NCBI GenBank assembly: GCA_965224085.1
Contig: CBDCYI010000004.1
Span: 320,001 to 384,000 of the forward strand
Direction: 5' to 3'
Source of the DNA: Candidatus Marinacidobacterales bacterium
Lineage (GTDB): Bacteria > Acidobacteriota > Vicinamibacteria > Marinacidobacterales > SMYC01
DNA: 64,000 nt
This document shows positions 19,022 to 28,979 of this stretch, piece after piece (the first letter of the stretch is position 1; each line of letters begins with the position of its first letter). The notes under the pieces were generated by a model. That model had not been told where the DNA came from, did not search any database, and saw only the letters and a list, made by a program, of their open reading frames with translations. The position numbers were made by a program, and so were the translations under genes.

Positions 19022-21055
19022 CTAATTCGTGGGCTCTCCCATGAACCGCTTTTTCGGCTCGACCAGCTTGACCACCCATAGGCCGGAGGTAAAGTCAGCG
19101 AGAAAGATGTTGCCCTTGTAAGGCTGCACCCCCCAAACGTTCGGTGCGTTTGGTTTGAAGCTCTTGGGGTCGTAAGGATGCCAGAACGCGATCTCCCGTC
19201 CTTGCCGATAGAGGTCGCCACGGAGCTCGCCGGAAATGTCGACGACACGGAGGCCGCCTCCGTAATAACCGATATAAAGCACGTCGTCCTCGACCCAGAG
19301 ATTATGTGAGCCTGCTTCGGGGACTTGATAACGCGCGACTTCCTTGGGCTCGTTCCATTCGTCCCATTCGAGCACATGAATCCATCCCGCCGCGCGCTGC
19401 GGAGGCGCACCCGGACGCTCGTCACGGGCGTAGGGAAAAGCTTCGTCGCCGGCAAACGCGTAGAACTTGCCTGTCGATTGGCTCTTGTAAGGAAAGGCCG
19501 CATGATTCCAGCCGCTCGGATAGGCGTAGCTCCCGAGCTTCACGGGACTATTGGGCGCGCCTCCCTGGCCGCCGCCGCCGACGTCCACGGCCACTACGCC
19601 GTCGTACCAGTTGGACGAATAGGCAATACCATCGACGACCCAAACGTCGTGGATACCGTGTCCCGGCGTGTCGAGCTCGAAACGTCCCACGCGGTAGGGA
19701 GTCGTGGGGTCCTCGATGCTGATGATGTCGTAGCGACGTCCGTTCGAGAGCGCGTAAACGTGCGCTTCGTGGATGAAGACATTGTGCACGCCGCCGTTCA
19801 ACTGGTCGTCGTATCGCGCGATAACGCGCACGCCGTCCGCCGGGTTCCTGACGTCGAGGATGACGAGACCGTTCTTGCGATTGGACGCGCCCTCGCGGCT
19901 GATGATGGCGGTGGCGCCGTCTTCGGAGATCTTGACGTCGTTGACGGTGCGCGCATCGACGCGTACGGTGTCGACGAGCTGAATAGTGTTGGGCTCGGTG
20001 ACATCCCAGAAATAGGCGTGGCCGTCGGCACTCCAAGTGCCTGTCATGGCGTAGTCGCGCCCGTCCGGTGCCTCCCAGACCCATAAGTCGGAGGTGTGTC
20101 GATCGCGCACCGGCCCCTGGCCCAACACTTCGACCGCCTTGCGCACTTTCCGGGTCCGGGCCTTGATGGTCTTGCGAGCGACGTGGTTGCCCGCGACAGC
20201 GACGATCGTGTGAAGTCCGGAACGCTCGGCGACGAAAGCGCCTTCTTCATCGATCTGCCCCGTGGCGCCAGCCGCGATGATGCCCGCTTCAGGCCGCGCA
20301 TAGGTTGCGAACTGCACCGGATAGTCGAAAACGGCTTTACCGTTTGCATCGAGCGCTCTCGCTTCGAAGAAGACGACGTCACCGGTGCGAACGTCGTCAG
20401 CACTCGCGCTGAGCTCGAACGAGGTGACCGGGTCCGCCGCGACGTCGATGTCGATGTGGCCGCTCACGGATTCCGCGTGCGCTGTGATCCGCACCATGCC
20501 TGCTTTCTTGAAGGAAAGCGAGCCGAGCGCATCGAGGCTCGCGACGCTCTCGTCACTCGTCTCGAGCCTTACTTCCACGTCGGGGCGATTGGCGCCCGCG
20601 CTGTCGGTCACTCGAGTCTCGATAGGTGCTATGGTGCCGGCGTAAAACGCCGATGGAAGGTCGACGAACTCGACAGAGGCTGCGGGCGGATTCGGGATGG
20701 TGACGGGAATCTCTACCGTCAGAAGTGCGTCGGCGCGCCGATCGAGATCCTCGGGATCCTTCGGGAGCATCGCGATGAGCACATGCTCGCCGGGCCGGTA
20801 GGCTTCGACGATCCCCGCGGGATTGATGCCAACGGAACGCCGGCGCCGCGAAAAGAAAACGACGGGGCGCTCGACAATATCGCCGTCCGCTTCGAGCACA
20901 GTGGCCACGAGCGTGGCTTTCTCGCCGACCTTCAGATTGAGCTCGCTCGGCTCGACCTTGAGCGTCAAAGTCAGTGTCGGCTCCGCTGGCTCTTCTTGCG
21001 CCCACACGGCGATGGAGACGAATAGCAGCGTCAGGACGATCGCGGCCTGTTTCAT
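19022..21055 (-). CDS. Secreted LVIVD-repeat beta-propeller protein with Ig-like domains
   Basis: Start MKQAAIVL (ATGA overlap), signal peptide, Ig-like N-terminus, LVILDV / LRVVDIS / VVAVDV repeats, HN/HD motifs. Confidence 0.85.
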   Translation of the reverse strand: MKQAAIVLTLLFVSIAVWAQEEPAEPTLTLTLKVEPSELNLKVGEKATLVATVLEADGDIVERPVVFFSRRRRSVGINPAGIVEAYRPGEHVLIAMLPKDPEDLDRRADALLTVEIPVTIPNPPAASVEFVDLPSAFYAGTIAPIETRVTDSAGANRPDVEVRLETSDESVASLDALGSLSFKKAGMVRITAHAESVSGHIDIDVAADPVTSFELSASADDVRTGDVVFFEARALDANGKAVFDYPVQFATYARPEAGIIAAGATGQIDEEGAFVAERSGLHTIVAVAGNHVARKTIKARTRKVRKAVEVLGQGPVRDRHTSDLWVWEAPDGRDYAMTGTWSADGHAYFWDVTEPNTIQLVDTVRVDARTVNDVKISEDGATAIISREGASNRKNGLVILDVRNPADGVRVIARYDDQLNGGVHNVFIHEAHVYALSNGRRYDIISIEDPTTPYRVGRFELDTPGHGIHDVWVVDGIAYSSNWYDGVVAVDVGGGGQGGAPNSPVKLGSYAYPSGWNHAAFPYKSQSTGKFYAFAGDEAFPYARDERPGAPPQRAAGWIHVLEWDEWNEPKEVARYQVPEAGSHNLWVEDDVLYIGYYGGGLRVVDISGELRGDLYRQGREIAFWHPYDPKSFKPNAPNVWGVQPYKGNIFLADFTSGLWVVKLVEPKKRFMGEPTN

Positions 21056-22143
21056 TGTGCTCCCTTCCAAAAAATAATCCCGCCCGCCTGTTTGCCGACA
21101 TCGGCTACGGCGACGCGTTCCTTCGATGTGAGGTCGTAGACCTCGACGGTACCCGGCTCACCGCCGACCCCTTCGAGCGTCACGAAAGCATATTTGTCGT
21201 CGTCCGAAACGGCGACCCCGTGCGGGATGCGGCGTGTCGTCTTGAGGCGGGCGAGCTCCGCGCCCATCGTGAGATCCCAGATGGCAACATACGCGCCCGA
21301 CTTGTAAGTGGCAATTAATAACTTGCCGTCGGAGGTCACTTCGAGGTTGTACGGGCCCATGCCGTCTCCGGCATCGAGCTTGCGCGAGACTTTCCACGCC
21401 TCGAGATCGATTTCGTGAATCAGGTTGTCGCCGTTGCCCGCGACGTAGATACGGTTTTCGGGCGTCGGAGCGGTCGCCCAGGTCGGCTTCACCTTCATCG
21501 ACATACGCCCGAGCAGGTCTTCGCCTGTCCCTGAATCGGAGAGCGACAACGTCCGCGCCACTTCGAACTTGAACGTGTCGAGCTCGACAAGGCTGTCGCT
21601 CATCATGTTCACCGAGTAGAGAAGGGTGCCTTTCGCGTTCATCCGGGAGCCATGGGGCATGATTCCGACGTCGATGCGATCGACCTCTGTCATCGTGCTC
21701 GTCTCGATTACCGAGATGCTGCTCGGCTTCATATCGCCGTGCAGATCGAAGTTGACCGCGAAGAGAAGGCCCGTCGAGGGCGAGATGGATATCGTTGCTG
21801 GAAACATTCCCACGGTGACGTCGCCGAGCCACTCGTCGTTAGCCGTATCGAACTTGTGGATGGAACCAAACGGCATTCCGTGCGCGATCGACAAGAACCA
21901 GTACCGCCCGTCGGGCGAAACGTTGATGCCGTGGGGCCCCTCGGTCTCGGAAGGAAAGGCCCCAACGGGGATCGATTTGACCTCCGCGAGGCCGCCGGGA
22001 CCGTATCGCAATTTGTGTACGGTGTCGTCCGACTCGGCGCAGACATAGACGAAGTAGTTTCGTTGGGGCGGGTCGGCTGCGGTCGCACTGTTGGCGCCGA
22101 CGAATCCAACAACGATGGCAAGCGTCGAGCTCGAAATCTTCAA
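21052..22143 (-). CDS. YncE/YVTN-family beta-propeller protein
   Basis: GPHGINVSPDG, MPHGSR, IPHGVAVSDD repeats; likely TTG start after GGAGG. Confidence 0.85.
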   Translation of the reverse strand: MKISSSTLAIVVGFVGANSATAADPPQRNYFVYVCAESDDTVHKLRYGPGGLAEVKSIPVGAFPSETEGPHGINVSPDGRYWFLSIAHGMPFGSIHKFDTANDEWLGDVTVGMFPATISISPSTGLLFAVNFDLHGDMKPSSISVIETSTMTEVDRIDVGIMPHGSRMNAKGTLLYSVNMMSDSLVELDTFKFEVARTLSLSDSGTGEDLLGRMSMKVKPTWATAPTPENRIYVAGNGDNLIHEIDLEAWKVSRKLDAGDGMGPYNLEVTSDGKLLIATYKSGAYVAIWDLTMGAELARLKTTRRIPHGVAVSDDDKYAFVTLEGVGGEPGTVEVYDLTSKERVAVADVGKQAGGIIFWKGAQ

Positions 22144-22222
22144 TGCGCTTCCTCCAACGCCTATTAGTGTCACAGGCGAGTCCCCGTCGTAATCGGGCGA
22201 TCAGCTGCGCTATCCTGCGCCC

Positions 22223-22750
22223 GTGCTTCCCGATTACCTAGCCTCCGGGCTCGACGTAATCCTCGTTGGTATCAACCCGGGGCTTCGTTCCGTCGAAGCA
22301 GGCCATCACTTCGCCGGCCCAGGCAACAAGTTCTGGGACCTCCTCAAGGACTCCGGCCTGACGCCAAAGAGACTCCATTATAAAGAAGATGGCGACCTTC
22401 TAGGGTATGGGATCGGTCTCACGAATATCGTCCCCCGACCCTCGAGCTCGAGCTCGGACCTGCGCCCGGAAGACTACCAAGCCGGCCGCCGTACTCTCCG
22501 AAGAAAAATAGAACGCTACCACCCAAAAGTCGCCGCTTGCGTCGGGATCACCGTCCTAAGAGAGCTATGGCCCGAAATCTCGAAGAACCCAAAGCCAAAA
22601 AAAATAGAGTGCGGCCACCGCCCCGAAACAATAGGAAAAACCGCCCTGTTCGTGCTACCAAACCCAAGTGGCCGAAACGCATCCTACACATACACCCAAA
22701 TGCTCAATTGCTGGGAAAAACTGAAGAGCTACTTAGAGCAAATAAGATGA
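22223..22750 (+). CDS. mug: G/U mismatch-specific uracil-DNA glycosylase
   Basis: GINPG, GHHFAGPGNKFW, GIGLTN, LPNPSGRN. Confidence 0.93.
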   Translation: MLPDYLASGLDVILVGINPGLRSVEAGHHFAGPGNKFWDLLKDSGLTPKRLHYKEDGDLLGYGIGLTNIVPRPSSSSSDLRPEDYQAGRRTLRRKIERYHPKVAACVGITVLRELWPEISKNPKPKKIECGHRPETIGKTALFVLPNPSGRNASYTYTQMLNCWEKLKSYLEQIR

Positions 22751-22768
22751 GTCCGGAGAATTAATATT

Positions 22769-22790
22769 CCTGAATGTTGAATGCTGACCC
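22769..22790. repeat. Heptamer motif CCT-GAATGTT-GAATGCT-GACCC
   Basis: Intergenic between mug and mutM; near copy at 30344-30361. Confidence 0.5.
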
Positions 22791-23624
22791 ATGCCTGAAC
22801 TTCCCGAAGTAGAAATCTGGCGCGAAAATCTGGAGCGCTGGGTGGCCGGCCGCCGCATCCGTGGCGCAAGCGTCGGTGATGCGCTCCTACGCGGCTCGCA
22901 GCCGCGCCGCAAGATCGAGGCCACGCTCGCCGGTGCAACGATCCGGAATATCTCACGACGAGGCAAATTTCTGTTGTTCGACCTCGGCGCGCGCCGCCCC
23001 GAGCTCCTCGTCCACCTCGGGATGACGGGCACCTTCGAGCGCGTTGCTCGCAATGCTCACCTCCCCAAGTTTACGCGCGTTGTCCTTCTGCTTTCCCGCG
23101 GAGAGCGGCTCGCGTTCCTGGATGCGCGCCGACTCGGCAAGTTCCGTCTTGTCAACGAAAAAGAGCAAAAGCGCCTCGACGCGCTCGGCGTCGAACCTTT
23201 GAGCCGGGAGTTCACCGCAAAGCGTCTGCGCGAGCTCATGGAGAAATCGTCACGGCCCATCAAATTGCTTTTGATGGACCAGAAGCGCATCGCCGGCATC
23301 GGCAACATCCAGGCTGCAGAAGCGCTCTTTCGCGCGCGCATTCATCCGGAGCAAGCCGCGAATACGCTCACACGAGACGAAGTCCGCCGCCTCGCGCGCT
23401 CCATCCGGGGCTCGCTCAGAAGTGAGATCGAGCGCTCGCGGTCCGAGACGCTCACCTATCTTCAGGCCGGTGGCGAGAACCTTTTCGTTGTCTATGGCCG
23501 TTGTGGGGAACCGTGCTCACGCTGCAAGACACCCATCGCAAAGCTCCTCCAGGGCGGACGTTCGACTTACTATTGCCCGTCCTGCCAGCCTAAGGGCTCG
23601 CGCAAGAATAACTTCACAATATAG
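22791..23624 (+). CDS. mutM: Formamidopyrimidine-DNA glycosylase
   Basis: MPELPEVE, RRGKFL, HLGMTG, GIGNI, C-terminal CxxC...CxxCQ Zn finger. Confidence 0.93.
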   Translation: MPELPEVEIWRENLERWVAGRRIRGASVGDALLRGSQPRRKIEATLAGATIRNISRRGKFLLFDLGARRPELLVHLGMTGTFERVARNAHLPKFTRVVLLLSRGERLAFLDARRLGKFRLVNEKEQKRLDALGVEPLSREFTAKRLRELMEKSSRPIKLLLMDQKRIAGIGNIQAAEALFRARIHPEQAANTLTRDEVRRLARSIRGSLRSEIERSRSETLTYLQAGGENLFVVYGRCGEPCSRCKTPIAKLLQGGRSTYYCPSCQPKGSRKNNFTI

Positions 23625-23770
23625 GCCGCCATGAACCCGGATGCGTCCCGCCTGGCTTCGTTTCTCGTCGGGCATCTATCTGGTTATTATTCTCCTCGCG
23701 CCTTGCCGCAGGCGCCTCGGCGATCCGAAAATGCAAATTTATTGTTGCGCAGACCCTAAGAGGAAGTGAC

Positions 23771-24949
23771 ATGAAACGCGACGATCTCAGCCCGTCGACC
23801 CGGGCCATTCACACCAACGAAGAGGGGCCGCGAACAAACCGGCCGGTGGCGCCACCGATCTATCTCTCCGCGACTTTCGAGTCCCAAGACATCGACGAGC
23901 AGATCGCGCTCGAAGAAGCGAAAGCGGACACGTTCTACACCCGCTACGGGAACCCGACCCTTTCACTCGCGGAGCGTGTTGTGGCGGAGCTCGAATCCGC
24001 GGAGGCAGCGGCCGTCTTCAGCTCCGGAATGGCCGCCATTACAACGTCGCTGCTCGCGCACTTGAAGCAAGGCGACCACGCGATCGTCCAACGTGAAGTT
24101 TATGGCGGCGCGCATCGATTTGCTTACGAGCTCCTTCCCAGATATGGCGTCGGCGTGAGCTGGTTCGGTGCGACGGAGAGCGATGGTTTCGAAAACGCCA
24201 TTCGGGAAAATACTCGAGTCGTGTATTTGGAATCGCCGACGAACCCAACCTTGAAGCTCGTCGACATCGAGCGGATCGTGAGCGTTGCTCGAGCGCGCGG
24301 CATCGTATCGTTTATCGACTCGACCTTCGCAACCCCGCTCAATACCCGACCGCACGAGCTGGGCGTCGACGGGGTCTTGCACTCGGCGACGAAATATCTC
24401 GGCGGGCACTCCGATTTGCTAGCGGGTGTCGTCGCCGGCTCGCGCGAGCTGATCGATCGCGTGAAGTCTTTTGGGCGCGTGCTCGGCGGCTGCCTGGATC
24501 CTCACGCCGCTTACCTCCTCATCCGGGGAATGAAGACCCTCGGCCTTCGGGTGCGCCAGCACAACGACACCGCCCTCACGATCGCCCACTTTCTGAAGGA
24601 GCACGACAAGGTGGAGGCTGTGCACTATCCGTTTCTTCCATCGCATCCGCAATACGAGCTGGCCAAGCGTCAGATGCGCGGCGGCGGCGGCGTTTTGAGC
24701 TTCGAAGTTCAGGGCGGGCTAGAAGGAGCCAAACGCTTTTCGAACGCGGTTTCGCTCATCCGGGTGGCGCCTAGCCTCGGCGGCGTCGAGTCCTTGCTCT
24801 CCATCCCCTGTTTGACGTCGCATGCGATGCTGACGCCCGAGGAGCGGGAGAGAGCCGGCATCGCGGACGGCCTTGTACGGGTGGCCGTCGGGACGGAAGA
24901 GGCCCGCGATTTGCGAACCGATCTCGAGGAGGCCCTCGGCTCCGTGTAG
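23771..24949 (+). CDS. Cys/Met metabolism PLP enzyme (methionine gamma-lyase / cystathionine gamma-synthase family)
   Basis: YTRYGNPT, SSGMAA, ESPTNP, HSATKYLGGHSD, SLGGVES. Confidence 0.93.
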   Translation: MKRDDLSPSTRAIHTNEEGPRTNRPVAPPIYLSATFESQDIDEQIALEEAKADTFYTRYGNPTLSLAERVVAELESAEAAAVFSSGMAAITTSLLAHLKQGDHAIVQREVYGGAHRFAYELLPRYGVGVSWFGATESDGFENAIRENTRVVYLESPTNPTLKLVDIERIVSVARARGIVSFIDSTFATPLNTRPHELGVDGVLHSATKYLGGHSDLLAGVVAGSRELIDRVKSFGRVLGGCLDPHAAYLLIRGMKTLGLRVRQHNDTALTIAHFLKEHDKVEAVHYPFLPSHPQYELAKRQMRGGGGVLSFEVQGGLEGAKRFSNAVSLIRVAPSLGGVESLLSIPCLTSHAMLTPEERERAGIADGLVRVAVGTEEARDLRTDLEEALGSV

Positions 24950-25113
24950 TTGATGGAATTTACTTGACAGAACTGCTATCTTGAGGTTGACTTCAGTTCC
25001 GTAGTCAAGGCCTCGGGGTCGCGCGCCAGGCTCTCCCCCCTGAAGGAAGTCATCTCTCTGAGTTCCACGACCGCTCGGGCTAAAAGCTCATGCTGTTGGA
25101 GGAGGAAACCTTA

Positions 25114-25551
25114 ATGAAATACCGCCAAAGAGGCTACCGGGAAGACGAACATAGCCACGACCGCGAGCAACAGCGCCGGTCGGAGCGTCCTCCCGACCTC
25201 GGTAACCGGGAGCAAACCCGGTCACTGAGACATGCCATCGATCGGGAAACGATCATCGTGACCCGATGTGCGAAATGCGGGCATCAGGTTCCGACGAGCC
25301 AACTCGAGGTGGATCACACCTCCTCTTGCGCGAAATGCGGGACGCCTCTGCACTCGTGCAGGCATTGCAAGCAGTTCGATCCCGACGCGAGGTTCCAGTG
25401 TCGCGAGAAGATCGAAGTGCGGATCGCCGACAAAGGCGCGGCGAATGACTGCGAGCTCTTCAAGCCCGTGCAGTCGCTCGACGCTACCGGGCGTCGGGCC
25501 AATACCGCCGAAGACGCGCGCAGTGCTTTTCACGATCTGTTCAAATCCTGA
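25114..25551 (+). CDS. Cys-rich (Zn-ribbon) hypothetical protein
   Basis: CAKC...CAKC...CRHC..FD...C...ANDC; RBS GGAGGAGG. Confidence 0.8.
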   Translation: MKYRQRGYREDEHSHDREQQRRSERPPDLGNREQTRSLRHAIDRETIIVTRCAKCGHQVPTSQLEVDHTSSCAKCGTPLHSCRHCKQFDPDARFQCREKIEVRIADKGAANDCELFKPVQSLDATGRRANTAEDARSAFHDLFKS

Positions 25552-25565
25552 GCGGAGCTTCGCGG

Positions 25566-26255
25566 GTGCTCAATCGGGTGCTCGTCCCCGAGGGCGCCTT
25601 TCTCATGGGCTCGATGGGGCGATTCGACAACGAGGAGCCGCAGCACCACGTCTTGGTCGCCGCCGTCGAGATGGCGACGACACCCGTCACGAACGCGGAT
25701 TATCGCGCCTATCTGAAGGAAACGGCCTTGGACAGCGCCGCGCCAGCTTGGCTCGACACGCCAGGTTTCGACCACCCGGACCAACCTGTCGTCGGGGTCA
25801 ACTGGCACGAAGCTCGCGCCTATTGCGACTGGCTCGCCGAGAGAAGCGGCCTCGCAATTCGCCTTCCCACTGAAGCCGAACGTGAGAAAGCTTCGCTAGG
25901 CGGTGTCGAGGACCAGCTATTCCCGTGGGGCGACGCGATCGATGGCGGCGGTCACGCTTGTCTCGACGGACCTCTCGAAGCTCCGGAGCGCGTCGCCACG
26001 ACCCCGCCCAACGGATATGGCTTGCACAACGTCGCCGACACCGTTCACGAGTGGTGTCTCGACGCCTATCATGCCGACTTCTACCACGTCTCGCCGTCCA
26101 AAAACCCGTGCGCCTTCGGCGGCGGGCGGCGCGCCGCCCGCGGCGGCTCCTGGCGGCATCAGATCGTCGTCACCGCTTGCGCGGCGTGCGCCAGCCTGCC
26201 GCCGGATTTCCACTATGCGGATTTCGGCTTTCGCTGGGTGAGAGACCTGACGTGA
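25566..26255 (+). CDS. Formylglycine-generating enzyme (SUMF1) domain protein
   Basis: FLMGS, PVTNADY, PVVGVNW, RLPTEAE, PNGYGL, RGGSW, GFR. Confidence 0.88.
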   Translation: MLNRVLVPEGAFLMGSMGRFDNEEPQHHVLVAAVEMATTPVTNADYRAYLKETALDSAAPAWLDTPGFDHPDQPVVGVNWHEARAYCDWLAERSGLAIRLPTEAEREKASLGGVEDQLFPWGDAIDGGGHACLDGPLEAPERVATTPPNGYGLHNVADTVHEWCLDAYHADFYHVSPSKNPCAFGGGRRAARGGSWRHQIVVTACAACASLPPDFHYADFGFRWVRDLT

Positions 26256-26947
26256 TCTACGCGGGCTGCTCCGGCTACAGCTTCAAGGAATGGGTCGGCT
26301 ATTTCTATCCGCCGAAGACAAAGTCGAAAGACTATCTCGAGCACTATGCGACGAAGCTCAACAGCGTCGAGATCAACCACACGTTTCGCCGCTTTCCGAG
26401 ACTCGAGGTCATCGACGCGTGGGCGGAGAAAACGCCGGAGCATTTTCGTTTCTCGTTCACGATGCATCAGAGCGTCACGCACATGGCGCGCCTCAAAGAT
26501 GTCACCCGCTCGGTCTCGGACTTCCTCGACGCGCTCATCCCGCTCAAGAAGCGCCTCGGCGTCGTGCTCTTTCAACTCCCTCCTTTCTTCAAGCTCAACC
26601 ACGAGCGTCTCGACACCTTTGTCGAGGAGCTCCCGCTGGGTTTTCGCTACGCGATGGAGTTTCGCCATGCGTCGTGGAACGAGCGTGCAGTCGTCAAGAA
26701 ATTGGAAGCTGCTGGCATCGCGCTCTGCGCTGCCGAGCTCGAGATCGACGCCGAGGAGATCGTGCAGACAGCGCCGTTCATCTATCTGCGCCTCAGAAAA
26801 CCGCCGCCATATACGGACGCGGAGATCGAGAGCCTGCGCTCGCTCGTCCGCAAAGCAGCTTCTGACGCGGAAGACATATACGTTTACGTGAAACACGACG
26901 ATGTGGGTATCGCTCCGGAGCAAGTGGAGCGCATTGTTGTAACCTGA
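26252..26947 (+). CDS. DUF72 family protein
   Basis: GCSGYSFKEW.G.FYP, VEINHTF, LFQLPP, EFRH.SW, YLRLR; GTGA overlap. Confidence 0.9.
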   Translation: MIYAGCSGYSFKEWVGYFYPPKTKSKDYLEHYATKLNSVEINHTFRRFPRLEVIDAWAEKTPEHFRFSFTMHQSVTHMARLKDVTRSVSDFLDALIPLKKRLGVVLFQLPPFFKLNHERLDTFVEELPLGFRYAMEFRHASWNERAVVKKLEAAGIALCAAELEIDAEEIVQTAPFIYLRLRKPPPYTDAEIESLRSLVRKAASDAEDIYVYVKHDDVGIAPEQVERIVVT

Positions 26948-26994
26948 AGGTGGGTTTCTTGTTAAACTTCCAACGTCAAGCCGAAGGAGGGTCT

Positions 26995-27690
26995 ATGTAT
27001 CCGGAACAGTCCATGACCATGCCCGTGGCGGCGCTCGACACCGACCGCCGGGCGACGTTTCTAACCCGCACTTATTCGCATTTGCTGGGCGCGATTCTCG
27101 GGTTCACCGTGCTCGAAGTCATGCTGTTCACGAACGGCTTGGCCGAGCCCATTGCGCGCACCATGCTCGGCGGGAGCTGGCTCGTCGTTCTCGGGGCTTT
27201 CATGCTCGTGAGCTGGCTTGCGAGCCGGGCCGCGATGGGCGTCACCTCCTTGAGCACGCAGTACGCAGCGCTCGCTGGTTTCGTCGTCGCCTGGGCTATC
27301 CTTTTTGTGCCCCTTCTCTATATCGCGAACACCACGGCTCCTGGCACAATCCAGAGTGCGGCGCTCGTGACGATGATGGGCTTCGTCGGTTTGACCGCGG
27401 TCGCCTTCTCGACACGGAAAGATTTCAGCTTCCTCGGCGGCATGCTGCGCTGGATTGGCGTCATGGCGATCGTCCTCATCGTCGCCTCCGTGATCTTCGG
27501 GTTCGAGCTCGGCACATGGTTTTCGATCGCGATGGTGACGTTTGCCGGAGCGGCCGTGCTTTACGATACGTCGAACGTGCTGCATCACTTCCCTGAGGAC
27601 CGCTACGTGGGCGCCGCGATGCAGCTATTCGCTTCTATCGCGCTGATGTTCTGGTATGTGTTGAGGATTTTTCTGGGGAGCCGCGATTAG
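26995..27690 (+). CDS. Bax inhibitor-1/YccA family membrane protein
   Basis: 7 hydrophobic segments, RKDFSFL, LYDTS; RBS AAGGAGG. Confidence 0.88.
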   Translation: MYPEQSMTMPVAALDTDRRATFLTRTYSHLLGAILGFTVLEVMLFTNGLAEPIARTMLGGSWLVVLGAFMLVSWLASRAAMGVTSLSTQYAALAGFVVAWAILFVPLLYIANTTAPGTIQSAALVTMMGFVGLTAVAFSTRKDFSFLGGMLRWIGVMAIVLIVASVIFGFELGTWFSIAMVTFAGAAVLYDTSNVLHHFPEDRYVGAAMQLFASIALMFWYVLRIFLGSRD

Positions 27691-27824
27691 GAGCCCGCAA
27701 CTGCTTTCAAAAGCGTGACGCAAAAGCGCAAGGTAGCGCCAAGCGCAACGAGGGAAAAAGACAAGAAGATAAGGCGCGGTTCGAGGGCGTTACACTTTTA
27801 AGAACAGCGGATTCCTGGACCTTC

Positions 27825-28979
27825 CTACGGTCTGATTTTGATTTGATCGAGGAGGTCCTTGTTGCTCTTCGTTTTTTTCATCTTGTCGAGGAGGAGCGAC
27901 ATGGCCTCGGTTGGTTTGAGGCCGGCTAGAGCGCGGCGTAATAGATGGACCTTCGGGAGCTCTTCCTCGTCGAGAAGAAGTTCTTCGCGACGCGTGCCGG
28001 AGCCTGAGATGTCGATTGCGGGGAAGATGCGGGACTCGGCGAGCTTGCGGTCGAGCACGAGCTCCATGTTGCCGGTGCCCTTGAACTCCTGAAAGATCAC
28101 TTCGTCCATCTGGCTTCCCGTATCGACGAGAGCGGTGCCGAGAATGGTGAGGCTTCCGCCGTCCTCGACGTTGCGCGCAGCGCCGAAGAACTGGCGCGGG
28201 AACTCGAGCGCCCGGGAGTCGATGCCGCCGCTCATCGTTTTGCCTCGGCCCTTTTGCTCGCGGTTCGAGGCGCGTCCGAGTCGGGTGATCGAGTCGAGCA
28301 GGACCACAACGTCGGCGCCCATCTCGACTTGACGGCGCGCGCGCTCGAGCACGAGGCGCGCGATCCGCAAGTGGTTGGCGCTCGTGCCGTCCGACGTCGA
28401 GGCGATGACTTGCCCGTTGACCGTGCGGCGCATGTGCGTGACTTCTTCAGGGCGCTCGTCGATGAGGAGCACGTAGAGATGGCTCTCGGGGTAGTACTCG
28501 GCGACGGCACAGCCGATCTGTTCGAGAAGGATCGTCTTGCCCGTCTTCGGGGACGCCACGATAAGCCCGCGCTGGCCACGGCCGATGGGTGTGATGAGAT
28601 CCACCACCCTCATCGAGATCGGGTCTTCCGGCTTCTGGGAGAGCCGCAGCCGGTCGTCCGGGTGCTCGCTCACGAGCTCCGAGTATGGGCGCACTTCGGG
28701 GAGCTCCCTCAGCTTGAAGCCGTTCACACTGTCGACGGCCGTTAGCTCACGATGCGGTGGACCGCCGCGGCGGTTGTTCCGCCGGCGGGCCATTCCCGAT
28801 GGACCCTGGATGAACTGGCCCTCTTTCAGGAAGTACTTATTGACTAGGCGGTTAGGGACGCGAACGTCCTGGGGACCAGGGAGAAAATTCTTTTCTAGTT
28901 GCCGGAGATGTCCGTTACCTTGCGGTTCCAGCTCCAGCACACCTTCAGCTGCAATGGGAGGCGCAATTTGACGAGTCAT
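27825..28979 (-). CDS. rho: Transcription termination factor Rho (short N-terminus)
   Basis: PIGRGQRGLI, PKTGKT, LIDERPEE, LDSITRL, FFGAARN, EFKGTGNME, SGTRREE; probable start MTRQIAPP. Confidence 0.93.
   Translation of the reverse strand: MTRQIAPPIAAEGVLELEPQGNGHLRQLEKNFLPGPQDVRVPNRLVNKYFLKEGQFIQGPSGMARRRNNRRGGPPHRELTAVDSVNGFKLRELPEVRPYSELVSEHPDDRLRLSQKPEDPISMRVVDLITPIGRGQRGLIVASPKTGKTILLEQIGCAVAEYYPESHLYVLLIDERPEEVTHMRRTVNGQVIASTSDGTSANHLRIARLVLERARRQVEMGADVVVLLDSITRLGRASNREQKGRGKTMSGGIDSRALEFPRQFFGAARNVEDGGSLTILGTALVDTGSQMDEVIFQEFKGTGNMELVLDRKLAESRIFPAIDISGSGTRREELLLDEEELPKVHLLRRALAGLKPTEAMSLLLDKMKKTKSNKDLLDQIKIRP

Noticed and set aside
23625-23770. SAM riboswitch before the Cys/Met enzyme gene
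   Set aside because: SAM-I and SAM-II consensus elements were not recognisable.
24964-24982. TTGACA...TATCTT as a -35/-10 pair (similar case at 1402-1425)
   Set aside because: Spacers of 7 and 12 nt are too short.
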